A DNA stretch of 61,497 bases from Acanthaster planci (Eukaryota). Numbering within the stretch: the stretch's first letter is position 1; each line of letters opens with the position of its first letter. The notes under the pieces were generated by a model. The model worked only from the letters and a program-made list of their open reading frames with translations. It had not been told where the DNA came from and did not search any database. The DNA lies in contig NW_019091360.1 of assembly GCF_001949145.1 (NCBI RefSeq), forward strand, positions 2,539,599-2,601,095. Direction: 5' to 3'. Shown here one piece after another: positions 28,221-40,467 of this stretch. A program made the position numbers and the translations under genes.

Positions 28221-31200
28221 TGAAATCCAGTTCCATCACCGATGATCATCACATATGAAAATAAAATTTGCCCCCCCCTGAAGAAACCCAAACCACTCTG
28301 AAAAGACTGTTGGCATGAAATTGAATTCCCATCATCATGTTAATCGTGTATTCAACATAATCATAAAGCTGACTTGTAGGTTCCTAAATATTAAATGTCC
28401 AGGTACCATACATGTACTGAAAGTTATTCCAGTCAGTGCGCAGCCCCTCCATTAATGATCATTTTTTGCAATTCCATTTGCACACAAAAACGATCTCGCG
28501 ATTACATGGGAGTTTGCAAGAAAAAACGAGAATACAGTATTGTCCCTTCAACCCTCTTGAAAATCCGTTGCTTCATTCGTGGGTCGAAATGGCTTGGTGA
28601 GTAGATAGTTGACGTTTTTCACTATCAATAAAGTTGCATTTCGGCGATGATCAACAATTTCCCAACGACTTATTTGGATGCAAAAATTGCAGGCTTCCTC
28701 TTTCTTAAGTACACCTGACTGTTTCGCAATAACTGAATAAAATTGAGACTTACAATTCTTCACAAAAAGAATTAAACATCCATTTAATACCAATATTTTT
28801 GCTGCCAGACCAATCAAAATTGTAAAGTTTTATGCACTACTCACTCAGCGATCCCGGCAGTGTGTACATTTTTGCGAGACGAATGGTAAGACTGGTTCCC
28901 CAGTAAACGACCAACATTCACTAGGTTTCCTTCTATGCAAATTCTGTGTTCCCGATTTTAGTCACACACATTTACGCGTATCTCTGATGTCATTTGATTG
29001 GCCAGTATTAGAGAGAATATATGTCAATCAATCAATCACAGATAGTCTTTCATGAAACACATATGGCAGTTTTCTCGATTAATCTCACGAAGTCTAAACC
29101 TGCGGTAACGAAATGTTTTGGGTGCACGTGACTGTTTTGCAACAACTTGAAAAGTAAAACTTATTGTTTGGCTGGAGAAATGACATATCTATCTTTCTTC
29201 TGTCAAGGAAATTCTGCCGGCCCAGATTTGGATCCATTGACACCATTTTTTGGTACCCTCATTTTTACACACGAATGCCTACCTTTTACAGCTAATATCC
29301 TTGAAAAGAGACTACAAATATTTATATTTGTTACAAAGGACATGAGACTGATATCTTAACTGTTCATTTATGTAAAGATATTCCATTCTTAAAGGTAACA
29401 CAAGGTGGTATACAATTTTGAAAAGTCCACAACATAGCTCATTACAAATGCATGATTCAGACAGCCGTGCATACGTAGCAAATGAAAGGAGCAGCTTTTA
29501 CGAGTGCTGCGCGCTGACTGATTCTCCTTGCGTTCACCATAAAAACCCAAATTGACTAAACAGATTTTAGTCAGTGCACAGCCTGCCCGCTAATGAGCCT
29601 TATTGGTAGAGCACAGTGCTCTCTTGAGCGCATGTGACTTCGCGAGTAAAAACAAGATTACAGTAGTATCCCTTTCAAAGTGACAGGAAGCCTGTTGCTT
29701 CATTCATTTGCCAAACATGCCATGCCGAGTACATGTACATTGTAGATCTTATGATTAACACTCCCAATAAAGTCAAATTTTGGTTGTTTTTAATTTTTTT
29801 CTTGACATCTTATAAGAAACTAAAACTTGCTCCATGTTTTGTACATGAATCGTAGAGCCTTGTTTGATTAAGTGCACCTAACTTTTGCAAAAGTTTGATA
29901 CCAAAATTGTTACTGCCAGGATAATCAGTTTATTTTTCTCCAGCATCAAAGCTTAAGCAAATTTCCAACTATCAGAGCAAACAGGTTGATTTCACAAAAG
30001 CGTGACGTCATGCAAGGCTAATTTTGTACATGGATTTGTACATACAAACTGAGAAGTGGCATCCTTAAGTTTCCATACACAGAGGCTGGGTTGGTGATGG
30101 AGGTCCCTTACATTGCACGTACATGTACATGTACCTCCTGCAGCATGTGATTAACCATTGTACTTATAAACCAATCACAGAGAGTATTTGATGAAATGAA
30201 GTAAGTTTTACAGTTGAATTTACAAAGTCTGAACTTGGCAAAAACAAAATACCCGTAATTTGGGTGCATGTGACCATTTGGCATCAGTATGAAAATCCCA
30301 AAATCCCAGGACAAAGATGCAACATACATTGTACCTTTCTTTCAGATTCAAATGAAGATCTGCTGGTCTGGATTTTGATCCATTAAAATCTGGTTTTCTT
30401 GTGCTCAATTTCTCAAACAAGACCAATTTTCTTTACATGTACGTGCAATATTCTCTCGAAGATGACACTCAGACATTTTGATAAAGAACGTGAGATTGGT
30501 AGCTTACATGTAGCTTTCCTTTTTTTTAATATAACATTTTGGAAAACAAAACAAGGTAATGCACAATTTCTAAATATCCACTGCCTAGCTAATTAAGTAT
30601 GCACAGTTCAGAATCGTGCATACGAGGCAAATGAATGAAAGGGCTTTTGTCATTGCTGTGTGCTGATTTCACATTATAGCTGAAACAGTGGAAACTTTGC
30701 GTTATTTAAACTGAAATCTTTGTGACAGTCATTCTGTGAAGTATTTTGTGAATTTCTCTTCATTTCCTGATCTTTCTCTGTGATAAGCAAAACTTTAAAA
30801 AGTGGCTAGAAATCTTGTGCTTAATTTAAATATAGGCAGGATGCTATATGATTTCTATGGAATGCTCCAGTTTAGGAAATTCAGGAAGATTTCAGTTCTG
30901 AAGGTTTTTTAACCTTTTCTCAAAAACTTTAATTGTGCCTGTTTGCTTGTTTTGGTTTGAATGATTTCTCCTGTGATTTAAAAAAAAAAAAAATTCTCCC
31001 TTTTCACTCCAACTCGCTTACTCACTCGCCCACCACCCAACCCACCAGAATGTTTTTTGATGTAGTTATCAGCACCTTACAGCATTTACGGTGGCCAAAT
31101 ACTGTACTGCAAAAGCAGGGATTTGCTGGCAGGATTGAACATGTCCAGTCACCTCTTCCACTACTCAAATTCAAATTTGACCTGCATGGCTAATGAGGGC

Positions 31201-31662
31201 TGTCAAGTTGGTTGCAGACAATGCTTGGGCACTGTCCTTTCTTCTGGTCTATGTCTTGTTATGTAATAAGGCCCGGTCTCCAGTAGTCACAAAGCAGCAT
31301 CCAAAAAGCCAACACATTTCTGTAGCGCATCATGGAGGAAGGAAAAGACATGTACATGCACACATGTACCCCAATATGTACATGTACCTGGTGTTTGATC
31401 AGAACTGATCAGAACTGAGCAGATAGAAAAGCTTAACACTGACAAATTGCCTTCCTGGTTTGTATATTCACCCTCTCAATTTATTGGAAACTGCTAAATT
31501 ACTGTACATGCATTTCAAATGTAAATCTTTAAGTCTTTTATACATGTATTTGTGTCTTTTTAATGAAAATTGTGTTGACAGTTTCACATTTGGTTGTGAT
31601 TGCATACTTCAGTCTCAAAACATCATGTATAATTCCCTTCATTTTTTTAAATTGCTTTTTAG

Positions 31663-31880
31663 AACCCCAAGAGTGCCTAGCACAGCCAAAGTAGTCTACC
31701 CTCATCGTGCGGCCATCAACGGAGGTCTGGGAACCAGAAAAGGTCAGCATGCACCTGCTCCACTTCGCTACGCGTTCTAGTGGCCATTAGGGAACACAGC
31801 GCAGGTTGGTGGGCTGCATCAATGTTACATTGGTTGTACTTGTGACCGGCGGAGCAATGAATTCGGAAGGTCAGAAAGGG
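31663..31880 (+). other. putative exon in the left palindrome arm (mirror copy 35292-35074 on the minus strand)
   Basis: ttgctttttag|...|gtgagt on the left and cttgctttcag|...|gtgagt on the right. Both splice sites are kept in both arms, and no frame is open throughout. Confidence 0.5.
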
Positions 31881-33151
31881 GTGAGTTGTTGTCAAGTCAT
31901 TTTCTTCTTGTCTCAAGAGTATTTCATGTCACTTCATACATGTACATGTGCTGTAGTTGCATGGATCCATGCAGATTTAGGCTAATTTTCATGAGCACCA
32001 CCCAAAAAAGCTACAGCAGCAATGCCAAAAAAGAAAAAGAGGGAAACTTTGTCAGTTTCCGTTGTCAGTTCACCAGTTTCGTGCTGCGGATCTTGGCTGC
32101 TAATTTTATATAACCCATCCAAAATTTCAGCAGTAATTAAACACACAAAAGAAAATAAGGGGCACAAAGAACTGCGTAAATTGTCTATTTTAGTCCATTT
32201 ATTCACATTTTTAAATCTTGGCACTGCAAACATGTACATGTGTGATTTGTGGTTATCAAATCCCAGGTTATTTGGGTCAGTTTTAAGTTACATTTTCATC
32301 ATAGCACAAAGTCACAAGTCAAGCTTTATGTTGGTAAGTTTTAACCTCCAGTGCTTAGAATAAACAGAACTTCAAGGAATACACTTAGCTGTACAGTTCC
32401 GAGGTTACTGAATTTCCTCCGATCATTGGATTTTATTGATGACATTCCTACTTATATAGTCAATATTATTTTTAAGGCTTAACATTCAAAGTTTTGCCTT
32501 TTCAATAAGTGATTATGATAGCCAATCAATGCAATAAGTAATAACGGTAATTACATGTGCGAGATTTTAAGAGCCCTAAACAGTCAATTTCATTCAAGCC
32601 AACTAGTTTAGAAATCATATTCTGATAAGTTCCAAACCTGCAACTTTTCAAAAGTCAGCAAACCAAACTGGAAGCAAACTATTATCAATTATTTTTGGTA
32701 CGATTCACTTGATGTTTGCTAATTACTGGAGATACTTCTGACTTAATTGAATTTCTCCACTCAAAATGTTTAAACAATTCTGATGGCATTTATGTTACAC
32801 AAAATTAGGGTCTCAACAAAATCCAATGATTGGAGGTAATGGAACAGATAATTGTATTTCTTGAAGTTCAACATTACCTGTTTAGGTCAAACACTTAAAA
32901 TTACACTCATGTAAAGCTTGACTTTTAACTTTGTTGTGGTATGAAACATGACTTAGAAGTAACCAACAAGACCTGTTATTTGACCTCCACAATGACATGA
33001 AACTTTTTTGAGACTTGAAGAAAATGACAAGATAACGACTCTTCCCTTTTTTGTCTTCCTTAATTCATTGTTCCTCTTGTTGCAAGTACCACCAATGCAA
33101 CATTGATGTGCCCTCAACTTCTGTGATGTGTTCCCAATGGACACTGGAACT

Positions 33152-33757
33152 GGGGGAGGGTGGGGTGCGGGATGGGTCGTGCTGCGCAGGGTGGGTTGCG
33201 CTGCGTNGGGGGTGGGTTGCGCTGCGCGAGTTGCGCGAGGGTGGGTCGCGCTGTGCTGGGGTGCGCCGCGCGTGGGGGGTGGGCCGCGCTGTGCGGGGGT
33301 GCGCCGCGCGTGGGGGGTGGGCCACGGTGCGCGCGGGTGGGTCATGCAAGAAAGTCAGCACTTTGTTATATAAATAAAAAAACAAGTAATCTCCATTTTC
33401 CAAATGTCTCTCCCCTGCGCCTCACGCACTGCACACCCACCCCTGCGCAGCGCAACCCACCCCCACGCAGCGCAACCCACCCCCGCGCAGCGCGACCCAA
33501 CCCACGCGCTGCACCCCCACGCAGCGCGACCCACCCCGCGCAGCGCCACCTACCCCCATGCGCTGCGATCCACCCCCGCGCAGCGCAACCCACCCCTGCG
33601 CAGCGCGACCCAACCCACGCGCTGCACCCCCACGCAGCGCGACCCACCCCGCGCAGCGCAACCCACTCCCACGCAGCGCAACCCACTCCCACGCGCTGCA
33701 CCCCCGCGCAGCGCAACCCACCCTAACGCGCAGCACAACCCACCCCCCACCCCCCAG
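33152..33757. repeat. inverted GC-rich minisatellite (~20-nt units such as CGCAGCGCAACCCACCCC) at the palindrome centre, with ~65-bp AT-rich spacer
   Basis: G-rich on the + strand at 33152-33343, C-rich at 33411-33757, spacer 33344-33410, N at 33207. Confidence 0.9.
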
Positions 33758-36429
33758 TTCCAGTGTCCATTGGGAACACAACACAGAAGTTGAGGGTGCA
33801 TCAATGTTGCATTGGTGGTACTTGCAACAAGAGGAACAATGAATTAAGGAAGACAAAAAAGGGAAGAGCCGTTATTTTGTCATTTTCTTCAAGTTTCAAG
33901 AAAGTTTCATGTCACTGTGGAGGTCAAATAGCATGTCTTGTTGGTCACTTCCAAGTCACGTTTCATACCACAACAAAGTTAAAAGTCAAGCCTTACGTCA
34001 GTGTAGTTTTATTTCAAGTGTTTAAAATTGACCAAGCAATGCCAAACTCCAAGGAATTATATGGTATTTTGCCGTACAGTTTAAAGAGTTTTGAATTACC
34101 TCAGATGCATTGAATTATGTTGATGAGGTCCTAACTTTCATTTAATATTAAACGCCGTCACAATCCTTGAAATTGTGGGGATGAAAATTCAAGTAAGAAG
34201 CCAAAAGTATCTCCAAACAACATCAAGTAAATGTTAATACAAAACATTTGTCATGGTAATTTGTTTTCCACTTTGTTCTGCCGACTTAAAAATTTGTATT
34301 TTTCTATTCCAACTGCAGGTTGTGAAGAACCAGACAAGATGGACCTTTGGGCATCTGAGAGTACGAACTCATTGCCAAAATGAAATGAATAAAGTTTTAT
34401 GGCTTTTAAAAATCTTTTTATTCACAGTTTCCGATGAGTTTGATTAAAAAACTTGATAAACTACGATTTGAGGGCCACAAGTTTATTGTTGATGTCTTGG
34501 GTAACTATTTGACAAAGTAAAATGTGAATGCAAAGCCTTAAGAATAATTTGGACTGTTGAAGTAGGACCTCATCAATGCATGTACAATGCAATGCTCAGA
34601 AGAAATTCAGTAACCTCTGAACTGTACAGCTAAGTGTATTCCTTGAAGCTCTGTCGACTCTAAACACTTGAAGTAAAAACACACCAACATAAAGCTTGAT
34701 TGTGACTTTGCTATGATGTGAAACTTGACTTAAAACTGACCCCAAAACCTGAGATTTGATAACCACAAATCACACATGTACATGTTTGCAGCGCCAGTAA
34801 ATAAATTGACCCAAATAAATTAACAACTCATACAGCGTTTTGTGTTTTTCTGCTGCTAAATTTTTGGTGGGTTATGAAAACAAGCAGCCAGGATCTGCAA
34901 TGCCAAGATTTGAAAATGGTACATAAAAACTGGCAAATTTACCCGCTTCTGTTTTCGGTGGTGTGCATGAAAATTAACCAACATCCGCATAGGTCCTTGC
35001 ATCTACATGTACATGTATGAAGTGACATGAAACATTCTTGAAACAAGAAGAAAATGACTTGATAACAACTCACCCCTTTCTAACCTTCCTGAATTCATTG
35101 CTCCGCCGGTCACAAGTACAACCAATGTAACATTGATGCAGCCCACCAACCTGCACTGTGTTCCCTAATGGCCACTAGAGCGCGTAGCGAAGTGGAGCAG
35201 GTGCACGCTGACGTCTTCTGGTTCCCAGACCTCCGTTGATGGTAGCACAATGAGGGTAGACTGCTTTGGCTGTGCTAGGCACTCTTGGAATTCTGAAAGC
35301 AAGTTTAAAAAGTGAAGGGAATTATACATGATGTTTTGAGACTGACGTATGCAATCACTACATGTACCAAATGTGAAACTTGTAAACAGTTTTACACTTT
35401 CATTAGAGTGACACAGAAGATGTATAAAACTATTAAAGATTTATATTTGAAATGCATGTACAGTAATTTGGCAGTTTCCAATAAATTGAGAGGGTAAATA
35501 TACAAACCAGGAAGGCAATTTGTCAGTGTTCAAGCTTTTCTATCGGCTCAGTTCAAATCAAACACCAGGTACATATTGGGATACATGTACATGTCTTTTT
35601 CCTTCCTCCATGATGCACTACAGAAATTTGTTGGCTTTTTGGATGCTGCTTTCTGACTATTGAAGACTTGGGCCTAATTACATAACATGCCATAGACCAG
35701 AAGAAAGGGCATTGCCCAAGCATTGTGTGCAACCAGCTTGAAAGCCCTCATTAGCCATGCAGGTCAAATTTGAATTTGAGTAGTGGAAGAGGTGACTGGA
35801 CATGCTCAATCCTGCCAGCAAAGCCTTACTTTTGCAGTTGACACATTTGGTAACCATGAATGCTGTAAGGTGCAGATAACTATATCAAAAAACGTTTTGG
35901 CGGGATGGGTGGTGGGCGAGTGAGTGAACTAGTTGGGGTGAAAAGGGAAAAGCCTAAAAAAAAAATTGAATAAAAAAATGGCAGGAAACAAAAACAAGCA
36001 CGTTTCTTGGAGCAGGGAAAATTTACTTTTGGGAAAGGAATTTAAAAAGCACACAGAACCAACATCTTTCAAAATTTCCAAAATTAAGGCCTTCCATAGA
36101 AATCACATAGCATCCTCGCTGAATTACATGTAAATGCAACAAGGTATTCTGACCAATTCTTAAGTTCTGCAGATCACAGGGATGAGATTAGGGGATGAAG
36201 AAAAATTCACAAACTATGCAAAAGGTTGTTTGAATCACATGACAAATACTCAGTCGTTTGGTGGTCTTGAGAATGACGTGAAATCTTTTTTGGCTGCTTA
36301 TGGAGTTTTAACGCTGAACACAAAAGGAGAAAAGCTATCACTTGAGTATAATGCTGATAATGACAAACACAACCGGGTGAGTCTGAATTTCAGAAAGCCA
36401 GATTTCTGAAGTGTTAGCTATATGTACCT

Positions 36430-36680
36430 ATTGCCTACAACCCTGTGGCCCGGGTTCAAATCCCACCCAGGTCAACATGAGGACACCCAAGGTCGACATG
36501 CACTGAAGCAAACAAAACCTCTTTAAATTGGCCAGAAAATCTTGCGCTGTAAATAGAATGAAAGAGCTTACCTTTTCAAAGTCTAAGAACTCTTGTCCAA
36601 AATAGAGAGTAGCCCTTCTGCAGGTGTCTACCACCAACCTGAGGGAGAATCAAAGTAATAATCATGCAATTAGTTTAATT
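36430..36680 (+). mobile_element. tRNA-headed SINE-like element copy 3 (mirror of copy 2)
   Basis: cgggttcaaatcccacccagg B box followed by the shared body. Confidence 0.65.
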
Positions 36681-36749
36681 GTGGGCAAGAAATAAGCTTC
36701 CTTGTACCGGTTCATTGTGCTGCATCTTCATGGATCTATCCCGAGTACA

Positions 36750-36845
36750 AACAATTCAGAGTTTATAGGCCTTCAAAGATGCAACCCAAATAAACCAGCA
36801 ATTCAGAGTTTGTAGGCCTTTAAAGATGCTACCCAAATAAACCAA
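36750..36845. repeat. ~47-bp tandem duplication
   Basis: a(a/g)caattcagagttt(a/g)taggcctt(c/t)aaagatgc(a/t)acccaaataaacc, twice. Confidence 0.9.
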
Positions 36846-37629
36846 CAATCTACATGTATCGGTTCCAAAAAGTAACATCACACGCAGTCTTTGAATGATT
36901 TTAACAGAAAACTGGAAGATGATACATTAATCTGAAACTTCATTATTTCACTTTGCTTCTAAAGTTACTTCAACAAATTCATCTAGGTGAATCTGATTTG
37001 GCATGATAGCTAGGGCTGAAAATCTGAATTGGCAACAAAAGACCCTGCATTCATTAGAAGCAAAAAGTCAAATGTTAATGTTTAGCAACATCCGATATGT
37101 TTCTTTCTTTAACATAAAACAGGCAGTGGAAATAAGACTGTGAACTAGTCCCCAGTTGTTATTAAGACTGCTGATATCAACATTGACCAGTGCCATGAAT
37201 TGCCAAAAAATGTCAAAACATTCACTTTGTGGCCAACTGTATGCAAAAATTGTTAGACTTTTTGTTCTTGTTGCAATCCTCGTCCATCTGTGTTGCACAA
37301 ACTAGTCTTGTAAAATATGCACATACATGTACATGTACACTTTTCACAATGTACATGTATGTCAACAGACCATGCTTTACTAAGATTAATGGAAGGAGCA
37401 CAAGCCATCGGACACGGATGAGAGTCTCATCAAAGTTTGACATTGAAAACTTCAAGTAAAAGTATCACAATTTTTCAGTAAAAATTTCTGCTAGTTCATC
37501 CCAAAGGAAGCTCTTTCTCTTTTAGTGTACTGTATCTCCACAGTGCTTCCTTCTATCACCCGAAGATCTGGCCTTCTGTTAACCGGGCCCTTGTTCATAG
37601 GGCACACTGGTACATGTACACGTACTAGT

Positions 37630-38010
37630 ACCATACGTGTCTGAAAGGGAATATCTCACCCAAGAACTCCATCACATCACCACAGTGCTGCATCAGAATG
37701 ATACAAGTCAAGCCAAAATCAAGATGCAAGACTGAAGATCCAACCCCCATCTGAAGGGTCACATACCGGATACATGTACATGTACGTACACCCAAAGCCA
37801 ACAACAGGCATGAATAGGTAGGGCCCCTACATGTAGTTCTGCCACCCTCCCCTACAGGCAGTAAACCAGCACTTCCTATCACATCCAGCGTATCTTCCAC
37901 AAGCATGATATTCAATTGTACCCTTGAAGATGCAAAACCTGCTGGCCTCACACAAGGACCAGCCTAACCCACAGCACAAGTCAGGGGTGTACAAGATCCC
38001 TTACAAGTAC
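37630..38010 (+). mobile_element. Penelope-like element remnant (RT C-terminus and start of GIY-YIG endonuclease)
   Basis: LTQELHHITTVLHQN ... ATLPY ... TSYHIQRIFHKHDIQ ... MQNLLASHKDQPNPQHKSGVYKIP, the typical PLE linker/GIY-YIG pattern. Confidence 0.75.
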
Positions 38011-38271
38011 CAGCGAGACTAGCATCTGTTATGACTACATTGTACGCTACTTATTATGTATGCGTAAGTTCAATAGGTCACAATGTACATGTGTATTACA
38101 TTTTAAATGAGCATGATCAGCATATTTGTCGCGTGATTCCATGCCTCAATCTGTCCTGAAAATATTAAACTGGTGATGAATGCTGGACCCGTAAATGCCA
38201 ATATTGTGATATTCACAGGTCAGCGATTTCACTCGTACTGGTCGCATACTGTACATATATTACAGTCCTTT

Positions 38272-38830
38272 GACCAGTTCACTAATAAATTGGGGTTTAT
38301 GTGCGCATGCGCATAAATAGAATGTGGAGGCAACAAGCTTGAGCAGCCCATTCTAAATGTACAGGGGCACATATTTGGTAAATCCTCTCAAATCATTATA
38401 CATGTACATGCAGCTATTACTTTCTGGTCTAAAAGGATTAATTGGTACATGTAAAATAGTCTTTGCTATCTCCCTGAGCGCAAGAGGTTAGAAGAAATTA
38501 TGGTAACAGGCCTCCTTTCTGACCATTTCCAATTAAACAGTTTTGGACTTCAGTGTCTGATTTCTTTCGCTCTCTTGTGCTTCGATCGAAATTGTTTAAT
38601 ATTTAATTTTGCTCTCTAAAAATCCTCTCACACTAGAAATTAGTAGCTATAATGCTTATAGAGGGTTTTGTGAAGACATAAGTACAGAAAATTACAGAAG
38701 CTGAAGAAAATTCTGTGGAAATTTGTGCCCCTGTACATTTTCAGCGGTCTGCTTAAGCTCATTGCTTCCACTGACTATTTATTCGCATGCGCACATACAT
38801 GTAACTTAGAATTTATAAGTGAACTGATCT
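38272..38830. mobile_element. MITE with ~110-bp terminal inverted repeats
   Basis: gaccagttcact...tgtgcgcatgcgcataaatag...aaatgtacaggggcaca mirrors tgtgcccctgtacattt...ctatttattcgcatgcgcaca...agtgaactgatc. Confidence 0.8.
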
Positions 38831-40467
38831 ACTGCAATATAAATTTTTAGAAACTGTTTTGTTCACTTTTTCTGCACTTTCGTGACAAGTTATGCCATTG
38901 TTTGCCACATGCATACAGTGAGTGACTACGGCACACTGTTAGTCATGATATCTGCTATGCCCACTCTACATGCACATGTACCTCCACTTGAAGCATAAAG
39001 GAGCACTGACAGCTTTCGGTATCGCATGGGAAAAATGGATCAAACGTTTCAAAGGAGCGATGATAGGATTCAACATCACCACAGGTGAGAGAAAGTGAAT
39101 ATTGCTTCTACACTATGGTGGTGAACAATTGTAAACTATTAACTTGGACTCGCACTCAGATGTACATGTACAAGTACATGTAAGTGATGTGAGTGATTTT
39201 GAAAAAGCTAAAGAGACATTGACAAATCGCTTTATTCCAAAGAGGAATCCCATACATGAAACAATCCTCTTTAGGTGTCTAACACAGAATCCTGATGAAA
39301 GTGTTGATCAATTCTGCACTCGACTTTGAGAAGTGTGAATTTTCTGACCCCAATCGTGAACTCTTGACACAGATACATGTAATAACTGGGTGCACATCAT
39401 AAAAACCACACCGTAAATCACTTGAGAAGCCACACACCCTGTCAAAGATACATGCATTAGAGCTTGCTGGATCTCTTGAACTGTCAGAGAAAAGGGCTGA
39501 TAACGTTGAAACCCCAATCGAAATCCGCCAGACAGTGCACAAAATCTCAAAGAAACCACCTCGCAGTGCTCACAAGGGTAAATTTCCCCATCACGACAGT
39601 GGAGCCCGGGCATAAAACAATGCAAAGCCCCAATTACTGTACATGTTCTAGTATGTCACAACTGTGGGGGACAATACCCCCAATATCAAGAAAGCCTTGC
39701 TAATGGCAAAGAGTGCACTTCATACGCTAAGCTCAACCACTTCTCCTCCGTATGCCAATCTAGCAAACGCAAACAGGACTCACAACACAAATCCCAGATA
39801 GTGAGAAATGTGGATGAGGACAATTCCTCATCTGATGAAGAATACATCTGTTACAGTTGATACCAGTACTTCCTCCAATACGCTTTGAACCTCAGTTAGG
39901 ACCAAAGGTATCAACAGGTGCCTGTCTAACACATCAACACACCCCATTCAACAGCATCTGTCTTTGCAGACCACTGAAACTAGAGAAAACCAGTGTACAT
40001 CTCTATCAATACCATTCAGATGAGCTGCTGCCCATTTCTGGTCAATTGTCACCACTCCTTGAAACAGGAAAACGCTTTGCAACAGTCAATGTCTTTGTTG
40101 TTGACATCTAAGCTGCATGTCTCCTTGGCCTTCAATCAGCTCAAGACCAGAGACTCATCGTGATCAATGACCCAGTCAAAAACATCACTGACAACAGCAA
40201 AGACTTCACCAAGTCAGCTTTGTTTGCCCCATGCATTGACAAACTCAAAGGAGTTCTGGTAAATCTCCACATTGACGAACCTGTGTCTCCTGTCACTCAA
40301 TGCTATCGCAAGGCACCATCCCATCTGCGAAAACAAATTGAAAAACACTTCCAAGATCTTGAGGATCAGGCGTCCTCCAGTCACTGCAGTCCCTAAACCA
40401 CATAACCCAAATGACATCCGCCTACGCATTGACATGAGGGCTGAAAACAAAGCAATAAAGTGAGAAT

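Larger units (their letters stand above)
27340..37415. repeat. ~10-kb imperfect inverted duplication (palindrome) centred near 33375
   Basis: Reverse-complement matches: 32880-33157/33750-34035, 31020-32415/34605-35925, 30838-30862/36092-36116, 27910-28190/36430-36680, 27625-27690/37012-37070 and 27360-27410/37360-37410. Confidence 0.95.

Noticed and set aside
32953..34113. Cluster of long overlapping ORFs rich in Ala/Arg/Gly/Pro
   Set aside because: By-product of a stop-poor GC-rich minisatellite, open on both strands and spanning an N.
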